DNA of 64,000 nucleotides, taken from sequence record OZ240615.1; one strand, written 5' to 3'. Of this stretch, positions 8,943 to 18,208 are shown piece after piece. Each line of letters starts with the position of its first letter. Position 1 is the first letter of the stretch. The notes under the pieces were generated by a model. The model did no database searches. It saw only the letters and a program-made list of their open reading frames with translations, and was not told where the DNA came from. A program made the translations under genes and the position numbers.

Positions 8943-9916
8943 TACACCTCCTTATTCAACCCAGAAACGATAGTGGCACGGATCCATTTGAATTTCAACT
9001 TCCGTACCCCATTGACAACAGGTCCTACCCAGTAACCGTGCCAATGGGCACGACGAATATGCGCTGCTCTTCCGTAGGTCTTTTGCCCTTTCTTTCGTTG
9101 CTCCATTTCTTCGAGGTAATCAAACCCTACTGGAAACTTACGATGCGCATTCAGGAAACGCAAACTGTAGTGTTTACCCGAACGTTTCATTTTGGTTAAA
9201 CGAAAGGTGTTACGGAAATCAGCAGCGTCTTGTCGGTCATATTCCTGCGCGACGAACAAAGCTACATTCAACAGCTTAGTGTAAGTTTCACGATATCCGT
9301 CACGCATCAAAATATCTGCTGCGGCTTCTGCGTCAAGGTTGTGCTCCTTTGCAGCACGAATAATCGTCGGGTCTGAAGCAATAACTTCTTCCAGCGTCAG
9401 TCCTTCATCGAATGGAAAGAAGAGCGTTTGCGGGAATCCACCATCGTTATACGGGTAAACAATAGTCAGCCCTTCTTTCCCGCTCCAATGCGTAACAGTG
9501 GAGAGGAAAATCCCTTCAATGAGCGGCTCCTCCGGGAGGGGGTGTTTGATAGGGCACGCTGAAAGGTTGACGTACCCCGTCCAATGAGGAATGGTTTTCA
9601 GAACGGTTAGCGGCAATTTACCGTTGAACTCGGAGTCCAGCACATCTGCCAATAATTCAGAAGGGATTTGATATTCCGGTTTCGTGATTTGCCAGCAGTA
9701 GGTCATACTCGCGTGCCAGAACATTTCCCGGTAGTATGGATTATTGAAATCGATTCCCTTTGGGAACCCTTTGTTTTCACCCCATATTTCCAACGGGTAA
9801 AAATACGGTGGAATTTCTCCTTTCGTTTCCGTAAGGATGCGATTGAAGAAATCTTTTGCGTCCCACGCCCTCAAGCGCGGGAGTAAGGTTTTTTCTACGG
9901 TTTCAAGAATGTTCAT
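8942..9916 (-). CDS. AcrVA2/FinQ-family protein (putative translation-dependent mRNA-downregulation / anti-defence factor)
   Basis: 324 aa; C-terminal AHIRRAHWHGYWVG..KLKFKWI..TIV resembles AcrVA2 PHIRRGHWHGYWQG..FRVRW..VFV; WQITKPEYQI..LP.W.GYVNLS resembles AcrVA2 WRNTLGIYQL..LPDWCVYVDIS (recalled, not searched). Confidence 0.7.
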   Translation of the reverse strand: MNILETVEKTLLPRLRAWDAKDFFNRILTETKGEIPPYFYPLEIWGENKGFPKGIDFNNPYYREMFWHASMTYCWQITKPEYQIPSELLADVLDSEFNGKLPLTVLKTIPHWTGYVNLSACPIKHPLPEEPLIEGIFLSTVTHWSGKEGLTIVYPYNDGGFPQTLFFPFDEGLTLEEVIASDPTIIRAAKEHNLDAEAAADILMRDGYRETYTKLLNVALFVAQEYDRQDAADFRNTFRLTKMKRSGKHYSLRFLNAHRKFPVGFDYLEEMEQRKKGQKTYGRAAHIRRAHWHGYWVGPVVNGVRKLKFKWIRATIVSGLNKEV

Positions 9917-10466
9917 GGAATCTTTTCTCCATTCCTTCGTCTACATGCCAACAAAACAGAGAGAAAAAATGCTCTTCCATAGATTGCGGCAATAATGAGA
10001 AATTAGCGGGAGTGACGATATTGTATTTTTTCTTGTTCGATAGAGCGACGATAAAATGACTCTTAGTAACTCTGACCGAAACAATCTCGTGGCCATACAT
10101 CTTATTAATTTGTTTGCCATCTCTTATTCGGAGCCCGACAATTCCTTGCCCTATGCGTAATCCATTTTTAGAGGAAGGGACAACCCAGTCCCCTTGACGT
10201 TTTTTGAAGAAATTCCACCAAAGGCTCACCGGGATAAACCAGTGAGCATCTTTAAGATTTCTTCCCGTATGGTAAGAGATAGCCTCGTACATTTCCTTTT
10301 GCGTTAAAGTCGTCCCCTCTTGGTCAGGGGTATTTATTTTTACTCCCATTTTTTCAGAGTAAACAAACATGATGATAGAGTTATCGCGAAGAAATAAATT
10401 TTCGCTTACCCACTTACCGTACTCTATCTCTAACTCAAGAACTTTTTCTGCTGTACTCTTTTCCAT
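9903..10466 (-). CDS. Hypothetical protein
   Basis: 187 aa ORF. Confidence 0.75.
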   Translation of the reverse strand: MEKSTAEKVLELEIEYGKWVSENLFLRDNSIIMFVYSEKMGVKINTPDQEGTTLTQKEMYEAISYHTGRNLKDAHWFIPVSLWWNFFKKRQGDWVVPSSKNGLRIGQGIVGLRIRDGKQINKMYGHEIVSVRVTKSHFIVALSNKKKYNIVTPANFSLLPQSMEEHFFSLFCWHVDEGMEKRFHEHS

Positions 10467-10492
10467 CTTTTACCCGATCAGTGCTAATTACA

Positions 10493-10681
10493 TTAGATGT
10501 CTAACGTGGGGTTCCACCAAGTAGCAAGTCTGTCCAAATCTTTGACCACTTTGGCAGCCTGCCTTGCCGGGATACGGTACTTTCTGGCTACCCGGCGTTT
10601 TGCGCTTTGTACAGTAGTCATGCAGGTGGAAAGGTCGTAGGTGACCAAGTTATCTATTTTCTTGCGTAAAGATTCTTTCAT
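10493..10681 (-). CDS. Small basic hypothetical protein
   Basis: 62 aa, TAATG coupling. Confidence 0.7.
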   Translation of the reverse strand: MKESLRKKIDNLVTYDLSTCMTTVQSAKRRVARKYRIPARQAAKVVKDLDRLATWWNPTLDI

Positions 10682-10941
10682 TACATTTTTCCTTTAATGG
10701 TTTGGTATAACCGATCGAGGTTGTCACTGATGAGTTTCCCACGCGAAATAGTAATCGGCTTAGTCCTTGAATCGTAAAAGGTTATTTCTAATACGACGAA
10801 CGGAATCGTCCCGAGCCGCCCTTTAAAACTACGGTCTACAATAGACCGCCGAATCGTTTTAATATCGCGAATGAATAAGCAATAATAATTTTCTCCGTCA
10901 GTAATATCCACTTTCCCATTAAGTACCGTAAAGTTTGGCAT
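10681..10941 (-). CDS. Hypothetical protein
   Basis: 86 aa ORF. Confidence 0.7.
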   Translation of the reverse strand: MPNFTVLNGKVDITDGENYYCLFIRDIKTIRRSIVDRSFKGRLGTIPFVVLEITFYDSRTKPITISRGKLISDNLDRLYQTIKGKM

Positions 10942-10950
10942 AGTTTTCTC

Positions 10951-11274
10951 TTAGTGAAATAATTTGATTAAAGGAACGGTAACAGACAGAGTTTTTTTCG
11001 GTTTATTTCTGTGGTTTCCAACGCCAAACGCCCTTAGTTTAACGCTGTCTTCCGTGTGGAAACGAAGCGACTGTAAATCCAGTAACATTCTTTCGACAGC
11101 CCGCTCATTAGCTCTCGACCAAGTCAGAGTCGCAACGGTCTGACCGTTAAGAAGAGTTTCAAGACAAACTTGGTAAGAGTATTCTTTTTTTATATTTTCT
11201 TTAACTATTTGCTCAATAGCGACTATCAGCCCCTGAAAAGCAGGAACCTCTTCTAAGCGAGGAACGCGTTTCAA
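10951..11274 (-). CDS. Hypothetical protein
   Basis: 107 aa ORF, GGAGG RBS. Confidence 0.7.
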   Translation of the reverse strand: MKRVPRLEEVPAFQGLIVAIEQIVKENIKKEYSYQVCLETLLNGQTVATLTWSRANERAVERMLLDLQSLRFHTEDSVKLRAFGVGNHRNKPKKTLSVTVPLIKLFH

Positions 11275-11276
11275 GC

Positions 11277-11783
11277 TTAACCTCCGTAACTGTTATCGAA
11301 ACCAAAAGACGCCCCCTCGATAACGAGAATGACTTTACTTTCCGGCGGATAAATGACATCCAGCGCCGCTCTGATTTCTTCGTTCACGTTAAATCTGGCT
11401 TTAATGCAACCACAGATATTTTTCATTAATTCCTTACTTTTATTTTCATTGAGCATAATTCGAACAATGAGATCGGCGTCATCGTCAATAGATGCTTGCG
11501 TCTCAATCCCATCGGTTTCCACGTTATATTCGAAGCGAACGTTGTCCGCCGAAACGTTATGAACACTAAAACCTTCTGGTACCGTATGGTATTCTACGCC
11601 AGACGAAATTAGCGCGACAATTTTCTCGATTTCATCGCGAGAGATTTTACAAACTTCCGCCTTTAAACGCTCAATGGCTTCTTTTTCACTGTTTCGGTGT
11701 TTTTGAATAGCGTCAAGAGCCATAGGGGAAGAAACGAAACTTTTGATCACTTCTGCGATTTTTGACGGTTCAGTGGATTTCAT
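11277..11783 (-). CDS. Hypothetical protein, first gene after an early promoter
   Basis: 168 aa ORF, AAGGA RBS. Confidence 0.8.
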   Translation of the reverse strand: MKSTEPSKIAEVIKSFVSSPMALDAIQKHRNSEKEAIERLKAEVCKISRDEIEKIVALISSGVEYHTVPEGFSVHNVSADNVRFEYNVETDGIETQASIDDDADLIVRIMLNENKSKELMKNICGCIKARFNVNEEIRAALDVIYPPESKVILVIEGASFGFDNSYGG

Positions 11784-11846
11784 GATATTTTTCCTTTTGT
11801 TGATTTCAGAACAATTAAAGAGTGAATGTTTTTCTACTTCATTAAG

Positions 11847-11862
11847 GTGATATAGACTTTAA
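11847..11862 (-). promoter_or_regulatory. Putative early promoter motif
   Basis: Minus strand TTAAAGTCTATATCAC, between terminator and operon start. Confidence 0.75.
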
Positions 11863-11885
11863 ATGTAATCGAAACAAAAAATAAA

Positions 11886-11913
11886 AGAGAGAGGAGGGGT
11901 TCCTCCTCTCTCT
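11886..11913 (-). terminator. Intrinsic terminator
   Basis: agagagaggagg-ggtt-cctcctctctct plus T-tract. Confidence 0.85.
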
Positions 11914-11918
11914 GTGTG

Positions 11919-12278
11919 TCAGTGAAAAAAGCGATAAGACCAAACCCCCAACCAGACTGACGCCATTACCAAAGTAAAAATATTTAACATTACGCCAAGC
12001 ATAGTTGCAAAAGTATTTTTCTGGTATTGACGCCGGTGGATTAAGTATCCGGGGTAATAGAGTACCCAAAGGAAACTCGGCGACTTCCCGGTTTTGTTCC
12101 CCACGACAAATTTATCCATCGCAATCAGATAAGTTATCCAGAAGAAATAAACGACAGACATCAGCCATAGCGAATTAAAAGGCCAGAGGGTAATAATGGG
12201 ATGATAGGCCCAGAGAAAATAATAACCGAAGGTGAGCAGATAGCCGAGCAGGAAAAAGAAATTCTTCATTGCAGGCAC
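11919..12278 (-). CDS. Small multi-pass membrane protein, paralog of 31976..32383
   Basis: 3-4 hydrophobic segments; D...PSFLWVLYYPGYLIHR motif. Confidence 0.8.
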   Translation of the reverse strand: MPAMKNFFFLLGYLLTFGYYFLWAYHPIITLWPFNSLWLMSVVYFFWITYLIAMDKFVVGNKTGKSPSFLWVLYYPGYLIHRRQYQKNTFATMLGVMLNIFTLVMASVWLGVWSYRFFH

Positions 12279-12733
12279 TGCGTAGAAAAACCACGAAGGA
12301 AGCGAAAGATATCTTCCCGGGTTTTTAGATCAGTTAACTCTTGCCACGGCGCTTCTTTCCAGAACTGAACCGAAAGAGAATAGTGATTGATGCAACCCGC
12401 GTAACTGTCAACGTAAACGTTTAAACGGATAGCGAAGATACTAGAGAGTCGCGGAGTTTTGATCGGTAAACGAATGATAAAATTAGCGTAGGTACCAACG
12501 GTCGTCTCGAGGTAAGTTTCCGAAAAAAATTCCAGCTTCGGAAAATAATGCGGGTCGATATAGGGTGCTTTCAGAATGTTGTTGCCACCACCCAACCAGT
12601 TTGCGGTATCTTTCAGGGATCGCAAGAACAGTTGTTTATTCCGTTCAGGAAAATCAGAGCGCTCCAGTTTAACGAACCCTAATAATTCTTTACCGAGAAC
12701 AACTTTTGTATCAAATTTCATTATTTTCTCCAA
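12266..12733 (-). CDS. Hypothetical protein
   Basis: 155 aa ORF. Confidence 0.75.
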   Translation of the reverse strand: MEKIMKFDTKVVLGKELLGFVKLERSDFPERNKQLFLRSLKDTANWLGGGNNILKAPYIDPHYFPKLEFFSETYLETTVGTYANFIIRLPIKTPRLSSIFAIRLNVYVDSYAGCINHYSLSVQFWKEAPWQELTDLKTREDIFRFLRGFSTQCLQ

Positions 12734-13029
12734 ATTAAGGGGATTGTAAACCTAGAAGGGATTTTGCGATGTTTGAGTTTAGCTTTTGCTTTATCGGAAC
12801 AAACGATGCTCAACTCAACACTTTCAGGCAGAAGAAGGTCCAGTCGTTTAATTTTCTCAACCAGACCTTTCACTGAGACCGGATCGCATGAAGTAACGAC
12901 TCCCCCACCAATGACCCTGTTATCTAGCAATAAATTGCTTTGCAGTTTGATAGGATCTAAAGTATTCTGGACATCTATTACCCACTTTTCAAGACCGGGT
13001 ATTTTATGGTAATCGGGGAGTGTTTTCAT
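12721..13029 (-). CDS. Hypothetical protein
   Basis: 102 aa ORF. Confidence 0.7.
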   Translation of the reverse strand: MKTLPDYHKIPGLEKWVIDVQNTLDPIKLQSNLLLDNRVIGGGVVTSCDPVSVKGLVEKIKRLDLLLPESVELSIVCSDKAKAKLKHRKIPSRFTIPLIWRK

Positions 13030-13033
13030 TTTT

Positions 13034-14737
13034 TTATTCCTTTGGTTTTTTACCGGTGATGCGCAATGTGACAGGTTGCCAAATACCGCGTTCGGTGGCA
13101 GCGTGTTCTGCGCGTTGTAGAATAGCCGCTGTATCTGGCCATTCTGTAATAACAGGAAGAACTTCTTTGAGAGGGATGTCCATTTTCAGTTCATCTCCCT
13201 CAAACCACGCTTCACTGTTATCCGCTAACCATTCCGAATTATCAATGGTAACAGCGATTTTTTGATCCGCTTTTCGAGCAAGGTTATCCACGAGGATGTC
13301 GGCATATCCGGTAAGGAGTTCGCGGTTTTTCACCGACTCTTCGGAACTGAAAACTCGCCCAGAATGAATCGACCAGAACTCCGCGCCAAAGTGGGCGTAA
13401 CCGCTAACCTTACGCTCTCCTTTAAGGCCGGACGAACCAAAGAAGCGAATAGCCGGGGAACTTAAAAAAGCTCGCCAGCGCATTGCGTCGCGTAAAAGGT
13501 CGGTAGAAAGCGGCTTTAATTTAAAGCCATCGGGGTCTTTAACATACTCGCCATCTAACGTCTGGCGGAAGTATTCGATGTCTTTTTCGGTTAAAGGTCT
13601 GAGAGTTACTGAGCCGCCGCTGTTCTTCAGATCAACGACAAGTTCGCCGGCTTCCTTTTTACTGATGGTTCCGGTTCCTGGATCAAACCCATAAATTACC
13701 GGCGCAGGAGAATTGTCTTTCTCCGCCCGCAAAGCACGATTTTCCGATTGCTTTTGAGTCAACCGGTCATCCGTTGTTTCTTTCTCCAGCTCTGCCAAAG
13801 CCTCTCTTGCAGCGACAACTTGTCGTTGACGGACCAACTCTTCACGGATAAACTCCTGAAGTTCCTCTGACGTTTCTGTTAGCGAGATGACGTAGCGATC
13901 GTTCTTACTGGGGGTATCCTTCAGATAAAATCCTAGCGGGTTATTAAACTCATTATGAAAAATAACCGATATGGTGTCGCCAACGGATTTAACGCTGATT
14001 TCCTTAATCGGCCCGTAATAATCTTGACCGTTCAGCGTTTCATAAAGCGACCGAATTTCATCCTCAATATCTTCATTGAGTTGCGCTTTAGGGTAAGGAG
14101 CAGTCATTCCCGGCTCCATTATTCCCCAGTCCCACTCTACGATCTCTTTTATTTCCCGAGGTACTCTATTGGACAAGTTGTCCTGTAACGATCTGATTGA
14201 TTCTTCAGTCGCCAAAATAACATGATCGCTACCGGGGAGGATTACCCCTGCACGACCTTCTAAACCCAGGTAATCTTTTACCAGTCTACGTGTGTCGAGG
14301 GTAAATGAATTTGGCCCGCATTCGATAATCGGGTTAAAACCCACAGCGCTGATCTTTCTGCGAAGGTCAGCGAGTTCCTGAGCCATCCGACGAACTTCGT
14401 ACATGAATACGGTACAGCCAGCGGGTTGCGTAGGGAGATTCTGGTAGTATTCAATACGGCTCAGGGGGAGTTGGTCTTGTTTGTCCATTTCAACCTCAAT
14501 GAGTTTGTCTAATAATGCGATTTCGTTGTAAGCACCAAATACTGTTTCTAATTCGTATTTGTACTTGTTAATTTGCTCAATGGGAAGTTTACCGTAGAAG
14601 ATATAATCAATATCGTCTTTCGGTTCGCAAACGACGCCACCGAGCGCTTCGATGCGTTTCACGTATTGTTCGCGGGTAAAACGACTAAACTCACCGACCA
14701 GCGCAATGTTCATCTTTTCTAAGCTTTCACCTGACAT
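13034..14737 (-). CDS. Multidomain protein with N-terminal BRCT-like domain
   Basis: IALVGEFSRFTREQYVKRIEALGGVV..DIDYIFYG resembles a ligase/RFC-type BRCT; 567 aa. Confidence 0.65.
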   Translation of the reverse strand: MSGESLEKMNIALVGEFSRFTREQYVKRIEALGGVVCEPKDDIDYIFYGKLPIEQINKYKYELETVFGAYNEIALLDKLIEVEMDKQDQLPLSRIEYYQNLPTQPAGCTVFMYEVRRMAQELADLRRKISAVGFNPIIECGPNSFTLDTRRLVKDYLGLEGRAGVILPGSDHVILATEESIRSLQDNLSNRVPREIKEIVEWDWGIMEPGMTAPYPKAQLNEDIEDEIRSLYETLNGQDYYGPIKEISVKSVGDTISVIFHNEFNNPLGFYLKDTPSKNDRYVISLTETSEELQEFIREELVRQRQVVAAREALAELEKETTDDRLTQKQSENRALRAEKDNSPAPVIYGFDPGTGTISKKEAGELVVDLKNSGGSVTLRPLTEKDIEYFRQTLDGEYVKDPDGFKLKPLSTDLLRDAMRWRAFLSSPAIRFFGSSGLKGERKVSGYAHFGAEFWSIHSGRVFSSEESVKNRELLTGYADILVDNLARKADQKIAVTIDNSEWLADNSEAWFEGDELKMDIPLKEVLPVITEWPDTAAILQRAEHAATERGIWQPVTLRITGKKPKE

Positions 14738-14752
14738 TTATTTACTCCTTTG

Positions 14753-15526
14753 TTATCGAACCATTTTACGGCACTGTTCCGGTGTGAAACCTTTCTCCAT
14801 GAGATCGGCCACCATGATTTCATGTTGCATTTTGTACTGCTCAAACAACACTTTTATCTCAACAACAGTACCCGCGCTGTCTACTAGTTTAACCGTGAAA
14901 GATTCTTCGTTGACGGCGTACGTATTGGTTACAAAGAGCTCTTGTAACGCTTTTAAAATCAACCCCATTAGAAAGAAGTTGGGTAAATCCAGAAACAGAT
15001 CGTGGTACTCCGTAAGTCCCTTGCCCCAACGATAATAAATATCAAGGACGTCTACGTTTGGCCCAGAAAAAGATATCGGCCCACCTTCGTTTTTCTTTAT
15101 CGTGATCACGTTCTGTTTAAGTATAACCTCCTTAAAGAAAACTTCATTAAACAAAGCGCGGTCGTAATGGTAGGGAAGAATTTTAATTTGGAAGCAGGAT
15201 TCCAAATCCTCTCCGGGTAATTCGTTGACCATAGGGTACATGGCACGTTCCCAGTAACTATTTTTATCGTCACCTACTTCTTTTACGGTGTCGAGATAGG
15301 AAAGCCAACCCCGGAGAATGGAGTCAAACACGGGATTAGCGAAGAAGTCAGGGATAGTTGTTACTATCTTCTCCAACCTGTCAAGGAATGCTCCGGTCAT
15401 CTCAAGTGGGTCAGTGTGTTCTCTATTCTCGTCCGGATCAACATCTGTTTGCGCTAATAAATTAAAGTCCATCCCTTCCGCCTTGTTTAAATTAGAACCA
15501 ATCCTCAATGACCCTTTCCAGGTCAC
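14753..15526 (-). CDS. Hypothetical protein
   Basis: 257 aa ORF. Confidence 0.8.
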   Translation of the reverse strand: MTWKGSLRIGSNLNKAEGMDFNLLAQTDVDPDENREHTDPLEMTGAFLDRLEKIVTTIPDFFANPVFDSILRGWLSYLDTVKEVGDDKNSYWERAMYPMVNELPGEDLESCFQIKILPYHYDRALFNEVFFKEVILKQNVITIKKNEGGPISFSGPNVDVLDIYYRWGKGLTEYHDLFLDLPNFFLMGLILKALQELFVTNTYAVNEESFTVKLVDSAGTVVEIKVLFEQYKMQHEIMVADLMEKGFTPEQCRKMVR

Positions 15527-16055
15527 CTACGCTACTACTCAACCATTTCGTTTCGTCCGTCCATTCTGTCCAAGGTTGAACTTCGTCTAACAAAGAACAA
15601 TCTTTACGCACTTTGATAACGGAAAGATCGAGATTAAAAACAATCTCGTGTTGAGTCAGTTGCAAATAGAAGATCCCTGTCTGCGATTCTTCATCCCAGT
15701 AGGTCCCGCTGGAGTAGGGTAACGTAGACCCCTCTTCATTTTTTCCTTGAATCCCTTCATCCCAAAACCGCTTTACCCATGGGCCAGTTTCATCGAGATC
15801 TCTTTCAGCCCTGTCAGAAAAATCAATGAAGGTAAACTGCCACCGAGAAATGAGTTTTTTCATTTTCTCAACGAGAACTTTTCGGGTCAGGGGCTCTTCT
15901 GCAAATGTAGGCGAATTAAAGAGTGGTTCTTCTTTCCGTTCCATTTGCTCACGAATTTTCCCAGTGAGATCCCAGCGCTCGGTATGCTCCGCCAATTCAC
16001 TTAGAATCTCGTCCACTACTTCACGAGTGAGTACAACCACTTTATCGTTAAACAT
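15492..16055 (-). CDS. Hypothetical protein
   Basis: 187 aa ORF. Confidence 0.8.
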   Translation of the reverse strand: MFNDKVVVLTREVVDEILSELAEHTERWDLTGKIREQMERKEEPLFNSPTFAEEPLTRKVLVEKMKKLISRWQFTFIDFSDRAERDLDETGPWVKRFWDEGIQGKNEEGSTLPYSSGTYWDEESQTGIFYLQLTQHEIVFNLDLSVIKVRKDCSLLDEVQPWTEWTDETKWLSSSVGDLERVIEDWF

Positions 16056-16057
16056 CT

Positions 16058-16360
16058 TTAGAGCACCTTATTAATCAAATACAGTTTCACCCGGACAATA
16101 ACTTCATGACAATAGTCGTTATCAGAGATCGCTTCTAAAGCAGAACATTCGATAGCAGTAAGAATCCTTCTTGGTTGCCACCCGCCTGCCAACGCCGCAT
16201 CAATGAATCCCGTCCAATCAATAGTGAATCCTGCGTTAAATATTTTACCTACTGCGATATCTAACGGCAAACCGTGAGTAGCCACCAGGAAGAACAATTT
16301 ATCTCCCGAGAACAAATTATTTTTCATTTCGCAATTTCCCTCCGATTGCATCGATTTCAT
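16058..16360 (-). CDS. Small protein with an alanyl-tRNA-synthetase-like motif
   Basis: SGDKLFFLVATHGLPLDI...G..IDWTGF resembles AlaRS G..AF.LYDTYGFP.D....G..VD..GF. Confidence 0.5.
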   Translation of the reverse strand: MKSMQSEGNCEMKNNLFSGDKLFFLVATHGLPLDIAVGKIFNAGFTIDWTGFIDAALAGGWQPRRILTAIECSALEAISDNDYCHEVIVRVKLYLINKVL

Positions 16361-16844
16361 CCATCAAGGGCTTCAGTGCATAAAGGCCCTCAATCGCTTC
16401 TAACGAATGTTCTGCCCGTAACCGAGACACACTCTCACGATGACGTTCAAACCACTCAGCGTCCGTTTCAGGGACTTCTAAGATCTCCCACCAACGTGCA
16501 GTAGATTTCTTTTTCCTACCGAACCGTTTCCCTTCGCGAAGCTCTACTTCTTGAATAACAAAACGACCTCTCCCGGTGACTACCTCCTCTGGCTCACTGA
16601 TCGGAGAGTATTCTTCGGTGACGTTACCTACCCACAGCTCCTTGAAATTGATTTCCCAACGGCATCGACTGCCCCAAGCAAAATAAATCCCGGTGGTTTC
16701 GATTAAAATAACTTTGCCATTTTCAGAGGTAAATGATGCCGCCGGGGAAACGCCTCGTCGGAACCAAGTGCGGCTACCAATGATTAACATTTTACCGTGT
16801 TCACTGGAGACAAACGAGGCTAAGATCATTATTTTATTCTCCAC
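16317..16844 (-). CDS. Hypothetical protein
   Basis: 175 aa ORF. Confidence 0.75.
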   Translation of the reverse strand: MENKIMILASFVSSEHGKMLIIGSRTWFRRGVSPAASFTSENGKVILIETTGIYFAWGSRCRWEINFKELWVGNVTEEYSPISEPEEVVTGRGRFVIQEVELREGKRFGRKKKSTARWWEILEVPETDAEWFERHRESVSRLRAEHSLEAIEGLYALKPLMDEIDAIGGKLRNEK

Positions 16845-17203
16845 ATTCTGCGGGCTATACGTCGCTCTGCCGGACTCGTTGGCTCATGACTGCCAGTATT
16901 GTAAACGTCGAATAAATAATCACCTGTACCTTCTTCTATTAAAATCTTTCTTCCTGAGCGAAAAAATTCTGCGCGAGATTTTCGCTCATGGTCGTAAACA
17001 CTTTCTATTTCCTCTACCGAGACACCAAAAACCGCACCCAGTTCTTCTAAACGCAAACCGGAGGAAATTGCTTTTTCAATGTCGACCCCGATGAGCCTCT
17101 CCGAAATTTCGAAGCGCTCCTGTCTGTGCCGGTCCATCATTTCATGCTGCGCCTTAACAAGACGACCCAAGCTGCTGTCCCAAAAATCGTCGTAGTTTGA
17201 CAT
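16829..17203 (-). CDS. HTH-like protein
   Basis: GLRLEELGAVFGVSVEEIESV. Confidence 0.6.
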   Translation of the reverse strand: MSNYDDFWDSSLGRLVKAQHEMMDRHRQERFEISERLIGVDIEKAISSGLRLEELGAVFGVSVEEIESVYDHERKSRAEFFRSGRKILIEEGTGDYLFDVYNTGSHEPTSPAERRIARRMWRIK

Positions 17204-17205
17204 TT

Positions 17206-17610
17206 TTATTCTCCGGTATCCATTGCGCCTTGGATGAGATTATCGAGTTCCACAAATTCTTCAAATGTGGTATGTAAATCCATAGACCCCGACATTTGGT
17301 AGTTACGGAAATTGCGATACCGCTGCTCTTGGTCGGTAAGGGGAGTGTATTCACCTCTCCCCTTTTTAATTTCCATTTTATAAATTTTTCGGCGATTAAG
17401 GCTCGTCAAAATACTGTCTTGAAGAGCAGTCAAACGTTGGATGGTGATGGTTTTATCTGTTACCCGAAGCCGTGTGTCTTGTAAAGAAGATAAATTGTCA
17501 CCGTTCGGCGTCACGATAATTAAATTAGGACGAGAGGCACAAAACTCACGGATTCTTTTCAGGAGACTTGTCAAAGACTCATCATTCATTTTGTTTTCCT
17601 CAGGTGCCAT
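17206..17610 (-). CDS. Hypothetical protein
   Basis: 134 aa ORF. Confidence 0.75.
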   Translation of the reverse strand: MAPEENKMNDESLTSLLKRIREFCASRPNLIIVTPNGDNLSSLQDTRLRVTDKTITIQRLTALQDSILTSLNRRKIYKMEIKKGRGEYTPLTDQEQRYRNFRNYQMSGSMDLHTTFEEFVELDNLIQGAMDTGE

Positions 17611-17831
17611 TGTACAATGATTTCTTCGTAAAGTTTATTTGCTGATTCTTGGTCGTGAAAATGAAACCACTCGAAATTGCTGGGGTTGGAATAATAAAGT
17701 ACCCCGATGGACGGTTTAGATTCACCCCAGAGCGGGAAATGCTTTTGAATAGGTGGCGTGACATGTACCAATTCATCGAAATTGACGACACGGTCATTGA
17801 TCACAATTTTCTTTAGGTTAGTATCGGCCAT
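17586..17831 (-). CDS. Hypothetical protein
   Basis: 81 aa ORF, GGGGT RBS. Confidence 0.7.
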   Translation of the reverse strand: MADTNLKKIVINDRVVNFDELVHVTPPIQKHFPLWGESKPSIGVLYYSNPSNFEWFHFHDQESANKLYEEIIVQWHLRKTK

Positions 17832-17857
17832 GTTATGACCCCCTTGTTAAGAGTGAA

Positions 17858-18196
17858 ATGAATATGAGACTGGACGACGGTATTCTAACTTTCTTTTGCC
17901 CGGGTTGCGAGACTACCCATTCTGTTTCGGTCGAACCAACTGACCCTTGTCACTGGACGTGGAATGGGTCGTTAGAGAAACCGACATTATCTCCGAGTGT
18001 TTTGACCCGCTCCGGTCATTACGTGGACGGCAGCCACGGTTGCTGGTGTAACTATTACACCGCGCACCCGGAAGAAGAAGTTGTCTTTAAGTGTTATCGC
18101 TGCCACAGTTTTATCCGCGACGGCAATATTGAATTCCTTTCTGACTGCAGCCATAAATTGGCAGGGCAGACTGTTCCTTTAGATCCATTAAAGTGA
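17858..18196 (+). CDS. DUF6527-like Cys/His-rich protein
   Basis: FFCPGCETTH..WTWNGSLEKPTLSPSVL..CHSFIRDGNIEFLSDCSHKLAGQTVPL is the typical family pattern; one of two plus-strand genes. Confidence 0.8.
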   Translation: MNMRLDDGILTFFCPGCETTHSVSVEPTDPCHWTWNGSLEKPTLSPSVLTRSGHYVDGSHGCWCNYYTAHPEEEVVFKCYRCHSFIRDGNIEFLSDCSHKLAGQTVPLDPLK

Positions 18197-18208
18197 TATA
18201 GGCGTGAA
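18193..18208 (-). promoter_or_regulatory. Putative early promoter motif overlapping the stop codon of the plus-strand gene
   Basis: Minus strand TTCACGCCTATATCAC. Confidence 0.7.

Noticed and set aside
7893-17203. Two HTH-like proteins (7893..8126, 16829..17203) as Aca-type regulators of the AcrVA2-like gene
   Set aside because: Neither is adjacent to it and no operator inverted repeat was seen at the 11847 promoter; kept only as CDS calls
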